NCBI GenBank assembly: GCA_963796055.1
Contig: CAWCKH010000004.1
Location: 928,001-992,000, forward strand
DNA length: 64,000 nt
Direction: 5' to 3'
DNA from: an uncultured delta proteobacterium
Lineage (GTDB): Bacteria > Myxococcota > Myxococcia > Myxococcales > Myxococcaceae
The first letter of the stretch is position 1; each line of letters begins with the position of its first letter. Of the stretch, positions 22,771 through 33,610 are shown one piece after another. The notes under the pieces are model-generated. The model made no database searches. It was not told the origin of the DNA and saw only the letters and a program-made list of their open reading frames with translations. The position numbers and the translations under genes were made by a program.

Positions 22771-23424
22771 ATGAAGATCGCCATCCTCACCTTCGAAGGA
22801 TTCAACGAGATCGATTCGTTCGTCGCCTCGTGCATGATCAACCGGGTGGTCCGGCCCGGGTGGAAGGCCGAGATCACCTGCCCGGCTCCGGTGGTCACGT
22901 CGGGGAGAGGCGTTCGGGCCAGCGCGCCAGCAACCGCTCGAGTTCGCCAGCTCCGCCGACGCGGTCCTCGTGGGGAGCGGCGTGCTGACGGGACGGCTGG
23001 TCGAGGATCGCGAGACGATGTCCCGCCTCGCGCTCGACTCGCGGCAACAGCTGGTCGGCTCCCAGTGCTCGGGCGCGCTGATCCTGACGAAGCTCGGCGT
23101 GCTGGGGGTCTTGCCGGCCTGCACCGACCACGGGACGCGCCCCTTGCTCGAGGCGGCGGGAGTCCGTGTCCTGGAGATCCTGGAGCAGCCCCTCTTCGCG
23201 AGCGGCAACGTGGCGACGGCGGGTGGCTGCCTGTCGTCGCACTACCTCGCAACCTGGTTCATCTGGCGGCTGGCAGGTCGCTCCGCGGCGGAGGAGGCGC
23301 TCGCCTCGCTCCCGTCGGGCAAGAGTCCGAGTACAAGTCGCGGGCGATGGGCGTCGTCGGCGAGTTCATCGCTGAGCAGGCACCCCCCGAAGCTCAGTCC
23401 GTGAGTCGCGTCCTCGCGCCGTAG
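22771..23424 (+). CDS. DJ-1/PfpI family protein (frameshifted)
   Basis: MKIAILTFEGFNEIDS, GSQCSGAL and GNVATAGGCLSS. Confidence 0.85.
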   Translation: MKIAILTFEGFNEIDSFVASCMINRVVRPGWKAEITCPAPVVTSGRGVRASAPATARVRQLRRRGPRGERRADGTAGRGSRDDVPPRARLAATAGRLPVLGRADPDEARRAGGLAGLHRPRDAPLARGGGSPCPGDPGAAPLRERQRGDGGWLPVVALPRNLVHLAAGRSLRGGGGARLAPVGQESEYKSRAMGVVGEFIAEQAPPEAQSVSRVLAP

Positions 23425-23584
23425 AAGGCGAGCAGGCGGGGTGAGGACCCTGGGCGCCCCTCGGCGCCGCTTGGATTCTTGCGCACGTAGCGAGCAGGGC
23501 TGGAACCTCGGTGAGCCCGAGGGGACGCCGCCACGAAGCCCTCCCCTCCAACGATAGACGATCCCCTAGAGCTCCTCCAGAGGC

Positions 23585-25582
23585 TCAGCGGAGCTGGAGA
23601 TCGTCGAGGGGAATGGGCACTGCGTTGAACGCCGTGCCACACGAGCCGTTGCTCGGGTACTCGAAGTCGAAGATGACGCGATGATCGGCGTCGAGGCCAA
23701 GCAGCCGAGTCTTCGCTCCTCCATCGATAAAGGCGTAGTCGACGAGCAGCGATTTCCCGGACGCTTCATATGCGCCGGAGCAGACGATCGAAGAGATTGT
23801 CTGGTCGTGGTCAAACTCCCAGACCTGCTGAGCGGTCATCGTCACGGGGTCGATGGAATAGGCTGAGACGGCACTGTAGGACCGAAACTGGCCCCCTGGT
23901 TCACCCGGCGGCTGGTTGACGCTCCCGAACCCGTTGTTGAAGACCATGAGGAGCCCCTCCGAGGTGATGGACGTGGCGTGCTGCCCGATTGGATAGAGGC
24001 CGCCGCCGACCAGCCTCAGCGCCTTCGCCCTCAGGGAGGGGAAGGTGTACCAGTACTTCGTCGGATCCCCGAAGATCCAGATCGGCGCTCCGGTCGCATA
24101 GTCGAGCTTGATGACGAAGTTCTCGCGACTGGAGATGATGACGCTGTCGTCCCCGGGGTCATACGTCGCCGCGTTGTTGTGAAACCAGTCGACCTCTGGG
24201 CGCACGAAAGCGCCGGCATCGTCGCCGTGGCTGTTCATGTAGGCGGCGAGCAAGGTCGCCATGTCCCAGGTCTGAAAGATGAACCCGGAAGGGCCCATAT
24301 CCGCCACCGTGGCCTCGACGCCAGCGGTGGTGTCGAACTCGACGAGCACTCCTCGCTTCCCCGGATTGATGTTGTGGTGAAAGTTGACCACGTTCGAATC
24401 GAGGATTGACGAGCTCGTCGCGGTTCCGTCGAGCTCGTTGCGCCCGAATTCCCCCGAGTGCTCGCTTCCAATCACGAAGCCACCGTTCTCGAACAGGATT
24501 GCTGCTGTTCCCTCCCCGCTCCCAACCCACCGGATGACGCCATCGGTGTCGAGGACCACCACCGGCCCGATGCGAGACTTCAGCGCGAAGAAGTCGAATC
24601 CGAGAGAGCTCCCGGGTGCCCGGGCGATGAGAATGTTCGGGTGATTGTAGATCCCGAGCGGGTCCGCGTAGGGCGCCGTCGCTATCTCGAAGGGGAGGGT
24701 CTGGCTGAACTGGCCGTTGAACTGAAGCTCGATCTCGAGGGTGTTGGAGAACCCCGCGTAGAGCCCGAAGACTGGCAGCGTGATCGTCGATCCACTCACG
24801 TACCCTCGGCTCTGCAGGCGTTCGAGTGTATAGGTGACGCTGACCGGCTTCGAGGCGCTCCCTGCCTTCGGTTGCACGACGTATCCGACACTCTGCAGGC
24901 TGTCCAGGGAGGGCGCAGAGAGCTCGACGAAGCTGATGAACGGAGTTCGGCCCGGAGCACTCGAGACGACCGAGAAGGTTGGAGCCGCCGTGACCGTCGC
25001 GGTTCCCGACTTCGACACGTCCTCCACGCTTGTGGCGGTCACCGAGTAGACGCCAGCCGCCGCGGGGGCGGTGTAGGTGACCGGATTCGCGCTCGCACTG
25101 TCGAGCGTGCCCCCCGAGACGGTCCAGGTGACTGCCGTGTTCTGGGTCCCTGAGACCACAGCGGTGAACTGTTGCAACGTCCCCTGCGCGCGGGTGACGG
25201 TGGTGGGAGTCACCGAGACGGTCACCGCGGTGACCGTGATGCTCACCGTGGCCGAGCGCGTGGGGTCTGCGACACTGGTAGCCGTGACCGAGTAGGTGCC
25301 GGGCGTGGTCGGCGCGGTATACGTGACCGAGTTCGCGCTGGTGCTGTGGAGCGTTCCTCCGGTCACACTCCAGATCACGGCCTCGTTCTCCGCTCCAGTC
25401 ACCGTCGCAGAGAAGAGCTGGGTTTGGCCCGTTCTCAACGTGGACGTCGTGGGGCTGACGGCGATCGCCACCGGCCCAGCCGCGTTCTCACCACAGCTGA
25501 CCCACAGACTGGCGACGAGTGCCAGCGAAACGAAAGAGTGCGCGGCACCAGACCTCACGTGATTCCTCCAATGCATCTTCAC
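23585..25582 (-). CDS. Aryl-sulfate sulfotransferase (ASST) family lipoprotein with two N-terminal Ig-like repeats
   Basis: Lipobox WVSC; two ~82-aa Ig-like repeats; PVFGLYAG.SN; FHH, DWFHNNA, ISSR and GQHA, corresponding to ASST catalytic His/Asn/Arg. Confidence 0.8.
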   Translation of the reverse strand: MKMHWRNHVRSGAAHSFVSLALVASLWVSCGENAAGPVAIAVSPTTSTLRTGQTQLFSATVTGAENEAVIWSVTGGTLHSTSANSVTYTAPTTPGTYSVTATSVADPTRSATVSITVTAVTVSVTPTTVTRAQGTLQQFTAVVSGTQNTAVTWTVSGGTLDSASANPVTYTAPAAAGVYSVTATSVEDVSKSGTATVTAAPTFSVVSSAPGRTPFISFVELSAPSLDSLQSVGYVVQPKAGSASKPVSVTYTLERLQSRGYVSGSTITLPVFGLYAGFSNTLEIELQFNGQFSQTLPFEIATAPYADPLGIYNHPNILIARAPGSSLGFDFFALKSRIGPVVVLDTDGVIRWVGSGEGTAAILFENGGFVIGSEHSGEFGRNELDGTATSSSILDSNVVNFHHNINPGKRGVLVEFDTTAGVEATVADMGPSGFIFQTWDMATLLAAYMNSHGDDAGAFVRPEVDWFHNNAATYDPGDDSVIISSRENFVIKLDYATGAPIWIFGDPTKYWYTFPSLRAKALRLVGGGLYPIGQHATSITSEGLLMVFNNGFGSVNQPPGEPGGQFRSYSAVSAYSIDPVTMTAQQVWEFDHDQTISSIVCSGAYEASGKSLLVDYAFIDGGAKTRLLGLDADHRVIFDFEYPSNGSCGTAFNAVPIPLDDLQLR
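24985..25470 (-). repeat. Intragenic tandem duplication (two Ig-like domains, ~246-nt period)
   Basis: VSPTT...QLFSATVTG.EN.AV.WSVTGGTL.S.SAN.VTYTAP..PGTYSVTATSV versus VTPTT...QQFTAVVSG.QN.AV.W.VSGGTL.S.SAN.VTYTAP..AGVYSVTATSV. DNA ACCGAGTAG recurs at 25041 and 25287. Confidence 0.85.
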
Positions 25583-25842
25583 TCAGGGGGTGACGATGAC
25601 CGCAGCAAGAAACTCGATCGATGTGACAAAGTCCAACGACTACCCGGGTTGGCGAGCCGTGGACCAGGTGAGGCGTGTCGCTTCCGCCAGCGAGGGGACG
25701 GCGACGGGACCGGGGGCCGCCCGGTGTGGGTGCTTACCGCTGCCGAGGATAGAGCACCCCCGGGCCATGGTCAGGCTGGGGCGAGTCTCGAACGTCGGAC
25801 GGCACTCACCAGAAGCCGAGCTGTGGTCCCAACACGCCGCAC

Positions 25843-26032
25843 CTAGAGATACGAGAGCAGAGCCTCGATCTCGAAGGGCTTCTTCAGCTCGCTGATGATC
25901 TTTGGGTGCGGTGGCGTCGACGCTATACACCCGGTCATGACCACCACCCGCTCGTCTCCACTCGAGCCGGGCCCATCGAGCGCCTTCAGGAACTCGAAGC
26001 CGTCCATCACCGGCATGAGGAGATCGAGCAGC
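25843..26032 (-). pseudogene. Response-regulator receiver domain, C-terminal half only
   Basis: LLDLLMPVMDGFEFL...VVVMTG...LKKPFEIEALL; the N-terminal acidic-pocket segment is missing. Confidence 0.75.
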
Positions 26033-26270
26033 GGGTCGAACATTGGCCTTCAGCGACTCCCAGAGATCCGGTTCCGTCCTCGGGGCGACGAAGCGTCGAG
26101 CCCGAGGGTCGATTCGGAGAGGTCTCGTCGTTGACGGGCCAGTCCACCCCGCGCTTCCCAGCCGCGACGGCGGCGATCGATTCGTACAGAGGTCGGAGCG
26201 CGGTGATCACCGGATGCCCTGGGCCAAGCAGGCGGCTGACAAGCGAACCCGAGCGCGTCAAGAGTCGCAT
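26033..26270 (-). pseudogene. Truncated N-terminus of a probable FkbM-family methyltransferase
   Basis: MRLLTRSGSLVSRLLG...WPVNDET/LRIDPRARRFVAPRTEPDLWESLKANVRP stops where a GDxxxDVG motif would be expected. Confidence 0.55.
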
Positions 26271-26281
26271 TCCCGTCGGCC

Positions 26282-27827
26282 TCAGACCAATCGGAGAGAG
26301 AGAAGTGCCTGACGTAGTCGCGGACCTAGCGGAAGGCTCCTGGTCAGTGGCCGCATCGCAAACAGATAGACCAGCGTCGATGCGCCGCCGGCGGCGATGC
26401 GCTCCGGCCAGATGCGCGAGACGGCTCGATGGCAGCACCATCTCGATGCGCGAGACGGCGAGACCCGTCAGAAACGCGAGGAGGAGACACGGAAGACCTC
26501 TCACCATCCACGGTGCGAACACGGAATTCCTGAGATCGAGGCGGGCAATAGACGTCATCGAGGTCAGGAGCCGCACCCCGGCTGGGAGCGTCGAAAGAAG
26601 GGCGCTGACGGTTGTCGCGAGCGCGACGCCCGGAAGCCCCCAGATCTTGCCGAGGACGAGGGCAAGGAGAACGTGGAGGATGCCGTTGACCGCCGTCAGT
26701 AATCCCACCGTCATCCGTCGACCCAGCACTCCGATCGGCGTCACCAGTGCGTGCACGACGCTGAGTACGATGACATCCAATGCAAACAATGCGTTCAGCG
26801 TCGGTCCTCCGAACAGTCCGCTGCCCACCCAAGCGCTGACGAAGCTTCCGTTGCCGGCGAGAACGGCGCACGCCACGACGCCTGCTGCGAGGAGATGGAA
26901 GCGAAGAAGAGCGATGACCACGCCACCAACTCGCGCGAGCCCATCCTGCGCTTTCATGTGGGCGAGTCCCACCGACGTGCTATCGGGCAACGTCCATGAC
27001 AGCTGCATTAGCGTCAGGCCGAGCCGGGAGGTGATCGCGAACACCGGAACGAGTTCCCGGCCTCCGAGATAGCCGATAATCACCGCGTCGGACGCGAATG
27101 CGAGCTGCCACCCAAGAGAAGCGAGCCATTGGCCACCGCCCGAGGAGAGCAGCGACTTGAACGACGCCCAGTCGAGAGCGAGGCGGGCTGAAAAGAGATG
27201 TCGATCCAGTGCGAAGGTGCGCGCTGCGGCCACCGCGCCGGCGAGGAAGCCGGGGAGTGAAGCCCCCAGCGCCACTCCATACAGCGGAGCACTCGCCCGC
27301 GCGAAGCCAACGACTAGGGCGACGTTCAGCAGGCTCTGAAACAAGCCGAGAACTCCGAGGAACGAATAGTCCTGGAGGCCCTGGCGATAGGCAAGTGCGA
27401 GCCTCAACGGGTATCCGAGTGCCGTGAAGGCGACCATCACCATGACGGGGCCCAGCAGTGCGTCTCGCTCGGCGCCAGTCAGATGGAGGAGGCCGGGCAA
27501 GAGCTGCCAGAGGCAGAGGGCGACGATCAAGTGCACCACTGCGCCAGCCAGCGCGACAGCAAGCCCGTGGGCACACAGGCGCCTCAGGAGGACCACGTCT
27601 CTCGCGCCATCGGCCTCGGCAAAGAGCCAAGGCATCACCCCCAGGATGCCTAGATCCGCCAGCGAGGCGTAGGCGAAGAGCGCGCCCGTGGCCAGCCAGG
27701 TCCCGTAGAGGTTCTGGCCGAGAGACCCTATGAGGAATCGGGTGAGGAAGAGCCCGGTGAGTACGGCCAGGACCCATTGAACGTACGTGAACGCGGTTGC
27801 GACCAGCGCGTTACGTCTTCGACTCAT
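26282..27827 (-). CDS. wzx: Wzx-type polysaccharide flippase (frameshift near 26400)
   Basis: Many TM helices and LGQNLYGTW...LADLG pattern. The corrected C-terminus is ...LRQALLSLRLV*. Confidence 0.82.
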
Positions 27828-28737
27828 CCGGTCGTGTCCATGCGGAGTTCACGTGGAGCATGCGACTCGCCTTGCGTAGGCCATAGCGAGAGACTTGACG
27901 GACGAGCTTGGGTAGGCTGAGGATCGATGGGCGACGCCACCAGCTTCGTCGGTCGCGTGGATGCTGTCGCTGGATCGTCGGCTGCCAGCGCTCGTGGAAG
28001 AGCCGCCCATTGGGAAGAACCATCGCCTTGTGCTTCTCGCCGGGGAGCTTGCCGAGAGTACTCGCCCCAAGGTGTGTAAAGGCCCCGAGCCGTTCGTAGT
28101 TGTGGGTCGCGACCAGCCAACCTCCCTCGCGGATCCGGTAGGCGAGGTCCGCCTCGTCCCATTCGATCGGGCAGAAGGCTTCGTCGAGTGGCCCCACTTT
28201 CTCGATGCATTCGCGCCTCACCACCCACGGGCGAATGACGATGTCGACTTCGGTCAGGCGTAGCCAGTTGAACGGACCCTCGCCGATGGTCGGTTGCATG
28301 TGCTCGGGAATGTGAAGATCCTCCCATCGCTCGATGGGCCTCTTCAAAGGGAACACGTGAAGACCTCGGATGAGACTTAGCAGACCGATCTCTGGATAGA
28401 CCCCGAACGTCCGGATGAGCTCGGGAACGAACCAGCGGGTCTCCAGGAACATGTCGTCGTCCCAGACCAAGAAAAGAGGGCTGCGCGCTTCCTTGAACCC
28501 GCGGTTGTTGCAGCGAACCTGATTGACGTCGTTCTCGTGTACCCAGCGGAGGAAGCGTCTCCCCCAGGCTGTCTTCTCTCTGGCCTTCAGGTAGTCGAAG
28601 GTGTCGTCCTTGCAGCCGTCCTCCACGACGATCAACTCGACGGGCTGGTCACTCGCGAAGCGCTCCCAGCTATCGAGGCACCTCTCGAGGATTGGACGGT
28701 TGTTAAAGGTGGGGATGATGACCGAGAGCTTCTTCAT
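27811..28737 (-). CDS. Glycosyltransferase family 2
   Basis: LSVIIPTFN, VVEDGCKD, WDDD and EADLAYR. Confidence 0.9.
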   Translation of the reverse strand: MKKLSVIIPTFNNRPILERCLDSWERFASDQPVELIVVEDGCKDDTFDYLKAREKTAWGRRFLRWVHENDVNQVRCNNRGFKEARSPLFLVWDDDMFLETRWFVPELIRTFGVYPEIGLLSLIRGLHVFPLKRPIERWEDLHIPEHMQPTIGEGPFNWLRLTEVDIVIRPWVVRRECIEKVGPLDEAFCPIEWDEADLAYRIREGGWLVATHNYERLGAFTHLGASTLGKLPGEKHKAMVLPNGRLFHERWQPTIQRQHPRDRRSWWRRPSILSLPKLVRQVSRYGLRKASRMLHVNSAWTRPDESKT

Positions 28738-28832
28738 GGGTGGCTGAGAGCGGGCTGACCTTCGGGCAAACATGATTTGCTAGGAGACGCGGTGCTAATC
28801 CCTGACACCTTGGCGCCAATCGAACGATCTCG

Positions 28833-29967
28833 CTATATCGTCTCGGCTAGGTCGAGGATCTCGTCCGCCATCTCGGACCAGGAACGGGAAGAGAGTTGGG
28901 GCGCGAATTCGGAAGCTGCTTGCGCGTAGCGTCCGGCATGGTCGCGCCAGTCGGTGAGCTTCGCCGCAAGTTCATCCACGTTCTGCGGATCGACCAGTAG
29001 GAGGGGACGGAGGCTCGGAGGGTAGCGTTCCGCGATGCCGGCCTTTGCGGACACGATGGCCGGGACGCGGGCGCAGAGCGCCTCGTGCACCGCAAGCCCA
29101 TATGGCTCGTAACGCGTCGGCGCCACGATGCAGTCGACCGCGCCCAACAACGTAGGGACGTCCGTTCTGAACCCCAGGAACTGAACCGAGCCCGAGAGCC
29201 GGAGCGCGGTCGCTTCACGCTCAAAATCCGTCCTCGCCGGACCATCTCCAGCCACAAGGAGCTCAACCGGCCAGTCACCTCTTCGTTTCAGTACTGCCCA
29301 GGCCTTCAAGAGCGTATCCAGTCCCTTCCTGCGGTCGCCGATGCCACCGACGAACATTGCACGCTGCACGCCCGGTTTCAGGCCGGCCTCACGCTCGCAT
29401 TGGCTCCGCGGATTTTGTCTCGCACCCAACTCTGGATCGGTTCCGTAGTAGACGGACCTCACTCGTGTTCGATCAAGCGGGTAGTGCGACAGCAAATCCT
29501 CCCGGCAGCGATTGGAATCCGCGATCAGCACTCTGGCCGATGCAAAGGCGAGACGCTCGCGCCGGACGTAGCGCGCATGCCGGTATCGCCGATACAGACC
29601 TGCTCGGCCACCGCCTTCCACTGCCGGTTCGGCGGCGTGCACGTAGTGCACCCAGTTCAGGTCGGCCCCGAGCAGATTGCCGCCGTTGGCAAGAACGACG
29701 GCCTTCGGGTAGCGACGCCTGGCCAGATTCCCGAGCTGCTCCAGGACGGCCTCACCGAGCAAGATCGAACGAGAACGGCTTGGGCACCTTCCACAGCTCG
29801 AGCCGCGGCCAACCAAGGGTCCCCGGCTCCACCCCGTGTGTGACTGCCGTGACCTCAAGGCCGCGCTCGAGTGCCCGCTCGACCAAGGCGAGGTTCGGAC
29901 GGTCCATTCCCCCAGTCCGGACGAGCCTCGGAGCCACGACGATCAGCCGCCGCACCTCATGGCCCAT
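28833..29967 (-). CDS. Glycosyltransferase family 4 (frameshift near 29820)
   Basis: GGMDRPN, RRKGLD and PTRYEPYGLAVHEAL. Confidence 0.87.
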
Positions 29968-31312
29968 CCGATGAGTCCGATCGCGCCGCTTGCCCAACCG
30001 CCAACCCATTGAACATCCAGAACTCCAGGCCGAGCTGCGAACTCATCACCGGCGCGTTGAAGGTCAGCGCGCACAACGCCGCGCCCAGTGCCGCCAGGAC
30101 TCCCAGCAGAATCAGTCCCTCCCCCGACGACTTTCGGGCCTCGCTCACGAGGGAAAGCTCGGCCACGATCAAGAGACAGAGGTAGAGGAGGACAAGGGGT
30201 ACGCCTCCGTCGATCGCCCATCCCGTCCACTGAACCTCGGCATGGATCGCCGGAGCTCCGGCCTCGTCCGCGAAGTACTGGTTCATCATCCCCCAGCGAC
30301 CGAGCCCTGCGCCCAGGGGATTGTTCGGCAAGAAATCGACAACCGTATTCTGCAAGAAAGCTCCTCGGTTCCTGTAGTACAAGTCTCCGGGAGCTTCCGA
30401 CGTGAGCGTCGCGAGCCGGGATCCGACGGTCGGGCCAGCCTGAGTCAGCGCCCAGCCGACGGCCACCGCGATGATTCCTCCAAGGAGAAAGACGAGCCTC
30501 CGCGCGAGGTCGCCCCGGCCTCGCGATACAAGCAGACCTGCGAGGAAGAGCAGACCGCCGACAGTCACGATCTGGATCGAGCGAACCTGACAGATCAAGA
30601 GGGTAAAGGTCGCCATCGTCGTGAGCACCAGCACCCCGAGTCGCACCAGGAGCCGTCCAGGTCTAAGAAACCAGTAGCAGCTACCCACAATCACGTAGAG
30701 GGCGGAGACCGCCGCGCCACCTGGGAGATCCGTCAGACCCATCGGTCGCAAGACGCTGACTCCATCGGCCCGTTCGAACGAGAGGCTCGCGACGTAATCG
30801 AGACCGAAATGGGAGAGCTGTTCGGAAGGACTGAAGGCGAACGTCTCCGGCCAGTAAAACTGAAGGACGCCGATGCCTGCACTCAGTGCGTGGAATGTCC
30901 ACCAGATCGTAAACAGCAAGGCGAAACGGTTGCTGCTCAGCTCGATGCGCCTCGTCCAGAAAAGGGGCGCAAGTATGGCGGCGGAGAGTCCCGCTTGGGC
31001 GACCGCGGCCAGCGTTCCTCCGTTCGTAGGATTGAGCAGCATCACGCCGGTAAGTAGGAGCGCCGCCACTGCCCAGGGCTTGGCCGGATGTCGACGGGAA
31101 GGGCCGCGAACTACGACGAGCATCGACAGGCTGCCGAGGAAGGGCAGCGTGCGAAGGATTGTCCTGAGTCCCAAGGGAGGCCCAAACGTCATTGCGACCT
31201 GGGCCAAGAGACAGGCGACCAGGAAGCCGAAAAGCAGGCGTACGTTCCAGGCTTGGGCGTCCTGAGCAGCACGCACGTCGGAGCGCTGCCATTGCTCGCT
31301 CAGGTTGGTCAT
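29957..31312 (-). CDS. wzy: Probable Wzy polysaccharide polymerase
   Basis: About 10-11 TM segments with large loops, RPMG and PLGAGLGRWG motifs; lies between GTs and wzx in the wzc operon. Confidence 0.65.
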   Translation of the reverse strand: MTNLSEQWQRSDVRAAQDAQAWNVRLLFGFLVACLLAQVAMTFGPPLGLRTILRTLPFLGSLSMLVVVRGPSRRHPAKPWAVAALLLTGVMLLNPTNGGTLAAVAQAGLSAAILAPLFWTRRIELSSNRFALLFTIWWTFHALSAGIGVLQFYWPETFAFSPSEQLSHFGLDYVASLSFERADGVSVLRPMGLTDLPGGAAVSALYVIVGSCYWFLRPGRLLVRLGVLVLTTMATFTLLICQVRSIQIVTVGGLLFLAGLLVSRGRGDLARRLVFLLGGIIAVAVGWALTQAGPTVGSRLATLTSEAPGDLYYRNRGAFLQNTVVDFLPNNPLGAGLGRWGMMNQYFADEAGAPAIHAEVQWTGWAIDGGVPLVLLYLCLLIVAELSLVSEARKSSGEGLILLGVLAALGAALCALTFNAPVMSSQLGLEFWMFNGLAVGQAARSDSSDGP

Positions 31313-32475
31313 CGGAGCATCACCGACCGGGCGGCGCCTGGGCCCCCGCCGGGCCCGTGACCTGGTGAATGGCTCGTCCCGAGCACATTGTGAATGGACT
31401 GCACCAGCGCGGTGACGGTCGTCGCCTCTCCACAGATCGCGTCGGCCCGGACCGGTCCACGCGACCCGAGCCTCCTGCGAGCTTCCGGATCGTCGACGAG
31501 CTGGGACAGAGCTCCAGCCACATCCGACGCCTGGGGAGGCACCAGGATGCCGACGGTGGCGTCGACCGCCTCCCTCGCGCCGCCCATGTCTGTGCTGATC
31601 ACCGGAAGTCCGGCATACATCGCTTCCACGAAGACAAGCCCGAACGCCTCCGGCGCAATGTTGGGTTGGCAGAACACGTCCGACGCTTGAAGAAGCTCCT
31701 GGACATCGGAGCGTTCGCCCAGGAGCACGAGCCGACCGTCGAGCTCGCCGACAAAGCGCTCAAGCTTCTCCCTCAATGCTCTCTCCGAAGGCCGCGAGCC
31801 CCCTCCCACCAGGATCGCACGCCAGCTCGTCCGCGTCCGAAGGCGCTTTAGCGCCTCGGCCAGCAACAGGTGGCCTTTGTACTCCTCGAATCGACTGACC
31901 TGGATGATCGCAACCTCGTCAGAGCGCAAGCCAAGCTGATTACGAATCCGTTCGCGGTCATACCGAGGCGGCGCTGGAACGGTGCACCGAACGACTGACG
32001 CCGGGACGCCGGGGAACAAGGCACCTGCCGACTCGGCGACAAAGGTGCTCGTACAGAAGACCGCGGTGACCAGTCGACGAGGTAGCAACCGCTCGAGCAA
32101 CGACCCGCTGGCTCTCATGTGCTGATAGAAGACGAGCGGGCGGCCCTTGGCGGCGGGACCCATGACGACGAGTGGCCAGGTGTCGTGCGCGATCACGACG
32201 TCCGGAGTGAACTGGCGAATGAAATCGCGCACGCGCCGCCGGGTCCGAACGACGGCAAGGGGATTTCTGAGGCGTACTTCGCCAACGTACTCCACCGACG
32301 CGCCCCGGTCACTAAGCTCCGACTCGAGGCGGCCATGGCTGGTGATGAGAAAGCCCTGACGCGTTCGCCGGTTCATCGCCTCGCTCTCCGCCAAGGCGAC
32401 CAGGAAGCGCTCGATCCCTCCGAAGAGGTTTCCGCTGCAGAGATGCAGGACCGTTGGCTTCCGATCAGGAGGCAC
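31309..32475 (-). CDS. Glycosyltransferase family 4
   Basis: LFGGIERF, SRFEEYKGH and PEAFGLVFVEAM. Confidence 0.9.
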   Translation of the reverse strand: MPPDRKPTVLHLCSGNLFGGIERFLVALAESEAMNRRTRQGFLITSHGRLESELSDRGASVEYVGEVRLRNPLAVVRTRRRVRDFIRQFTPDVVIAHDTWPLVVMGPAAKGRPLVFYQHMRASGSLLERLLPRRLVTAVFCTSTFVAESAGALFPGVPASVVRCTVPAPPRYDRERIRNQLGLRSDEVAIIQVSRFEEYKGHLLLAEALKRLRTRTSWRAILVGGGSRPSERALREKLERFVGELDGRLVLLGERSDVQELLQASDVFCQPNIAPEAFGLVFVEAMYAGLPVISTDMGGAREAVDATVGILVPPQASDVAGALSQLVDDPEARRRLGSRGPVRADAICGEATTVTALVQSIHNVLGTSHSPGHGPGGGPGAARSVMLR

Positions 32476-33610
32476 GTCGCGTTCGATCCTTTCCTTGCGC
32501 AACTGATCGGTAGAGGGACTGGATGCCGTTGACCATCGGTTCCACCGCGAACTGAGTTCGCGCGCGGCTCTGCCCGGCTGCGCCGAGCCGAGCGCGGAGC
32601 GGAGCATCCTCGAGGAGAGCGTTCAAGGCGCTGGCAAGCGCGACGGGATCGCCAGGCGGCACCGTCAATCCGGTCACGCCGTGGAGACTAACCTCGGGAA
32701 CACCGGAGTCGAGATGAGTATTGACCACCGGCAGGCCGGCCGCCATCGCCTCGAGCTGGACGATTCCGAACGCCTCGCTTCGAGCGATGGACGGCAAGGC
32801 GAATACCTGGGCGGCCGGAAGAATCCGCGTGATCTGATCATTGCTGACGTCCCCAAGAAGCAGGACCCGTTCGCCGAGAGCGAGATTCTGGATTCGTTCC
32901 CGGAGGCTTCGCTCAAGAGGTCCACTCCCGACGATGAGCAAGCCGGCGTCGACGCGAGCCATGGCTGCCAGGATGACCTCGAACCCCTTGTAGTAGACGA
33001 GTCGCCCGATGCAGAGAATGACCCGGCCCCCGTGCCGTGACGAGAACTCGTCCACAACCGACGGGACTGGACCCCCGGGCTCTGTGAGCGGGATCCCGTA
33101 CGGAATCACGACGCACTTTTCACGGTAGGGCTTCAGCTCGAGTGACGTATCCAGATAGCGCTTGGAGGTCACAACGATGGCATCAGCTCGCCTCATGACC
33201 CCTGCGAAGACAGGCTGGAATGCGCGACGCAACCAGATCTGCCGAACCACGTCACTGTGGTGCGTGACGATGAGTCGATGCTCGACTGGCTTCTTCGCCA
33301 AGTAATACGCCAGCATCCCCATCGGATTGGGCGTGTGAAGATGGAGCACGTCATAACTGCGACCCGAGAGCTCGCGGACGAGAGCGGGGCTGAGCTCGGT
33401 CGACGCTAGGCGGCCCAAAGTTGCAACTCGGGTGACGTCCACGCTGCCAACGCGCTCGCGGACAGTCGATCGGGCAGCGTTGTGGACGAGCACCTCGACT
33501 TCGCTCGTGGCCGACAAGGCATCCGTGAGCAGACGGAGGTGCGTCTCAATGCCCCCGGAGTGCGGGTAATAATACTTGCCCAGCTGCAGAACGCGCAGTT
33601 TCGAGGTCAC
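32465..33610 (-). CDS. Glycosyltransferase family 4
   Basis: GKYYYPHSGGIE, GRLVYYKG and RSEAFGIVQLEAM. Confidence 0.9.
   Translation of the reverse strand: MTSKLRVLQLGKYYYPHSGGIETHLRLLTDALSATSEVEVLVHNAARSTVRERVGSVDVTRVATLGRLASTELSPALVRELSGRSYDVLHLHTPNPMGMLAYYLAKKPVEHRLIVTHHSDVVRQIWLRRAFQPVFAGVMRRADAIVVTSKRYLDTSLELKPYREKCVVIPYGIPLTEPGGPVPSVVDEFSSRHGGRVILCIGRLVYYKGFEVILAAMARVDAGLLIVGSGPLERSLRERIQNLALGERVLLLGDVSNDQITRILPAAQVFALPSIARSEAFGIVQLEAMAAGLPVVNTHLDSGVPEVSLHGVTGLTVPPGDPVALASALNALLEDAPLRARLGAAGQSRARTQFAVEPMVNGIQSLYRSVAQGKDRTRRAS

Noticed and set aside
26007..26400. C-terminal extension on Wzx (606-aa ORF)
   Set aside because: A frameshift near 26400 bypasses the true stop at 26282 and reads into the next, truncated gene.
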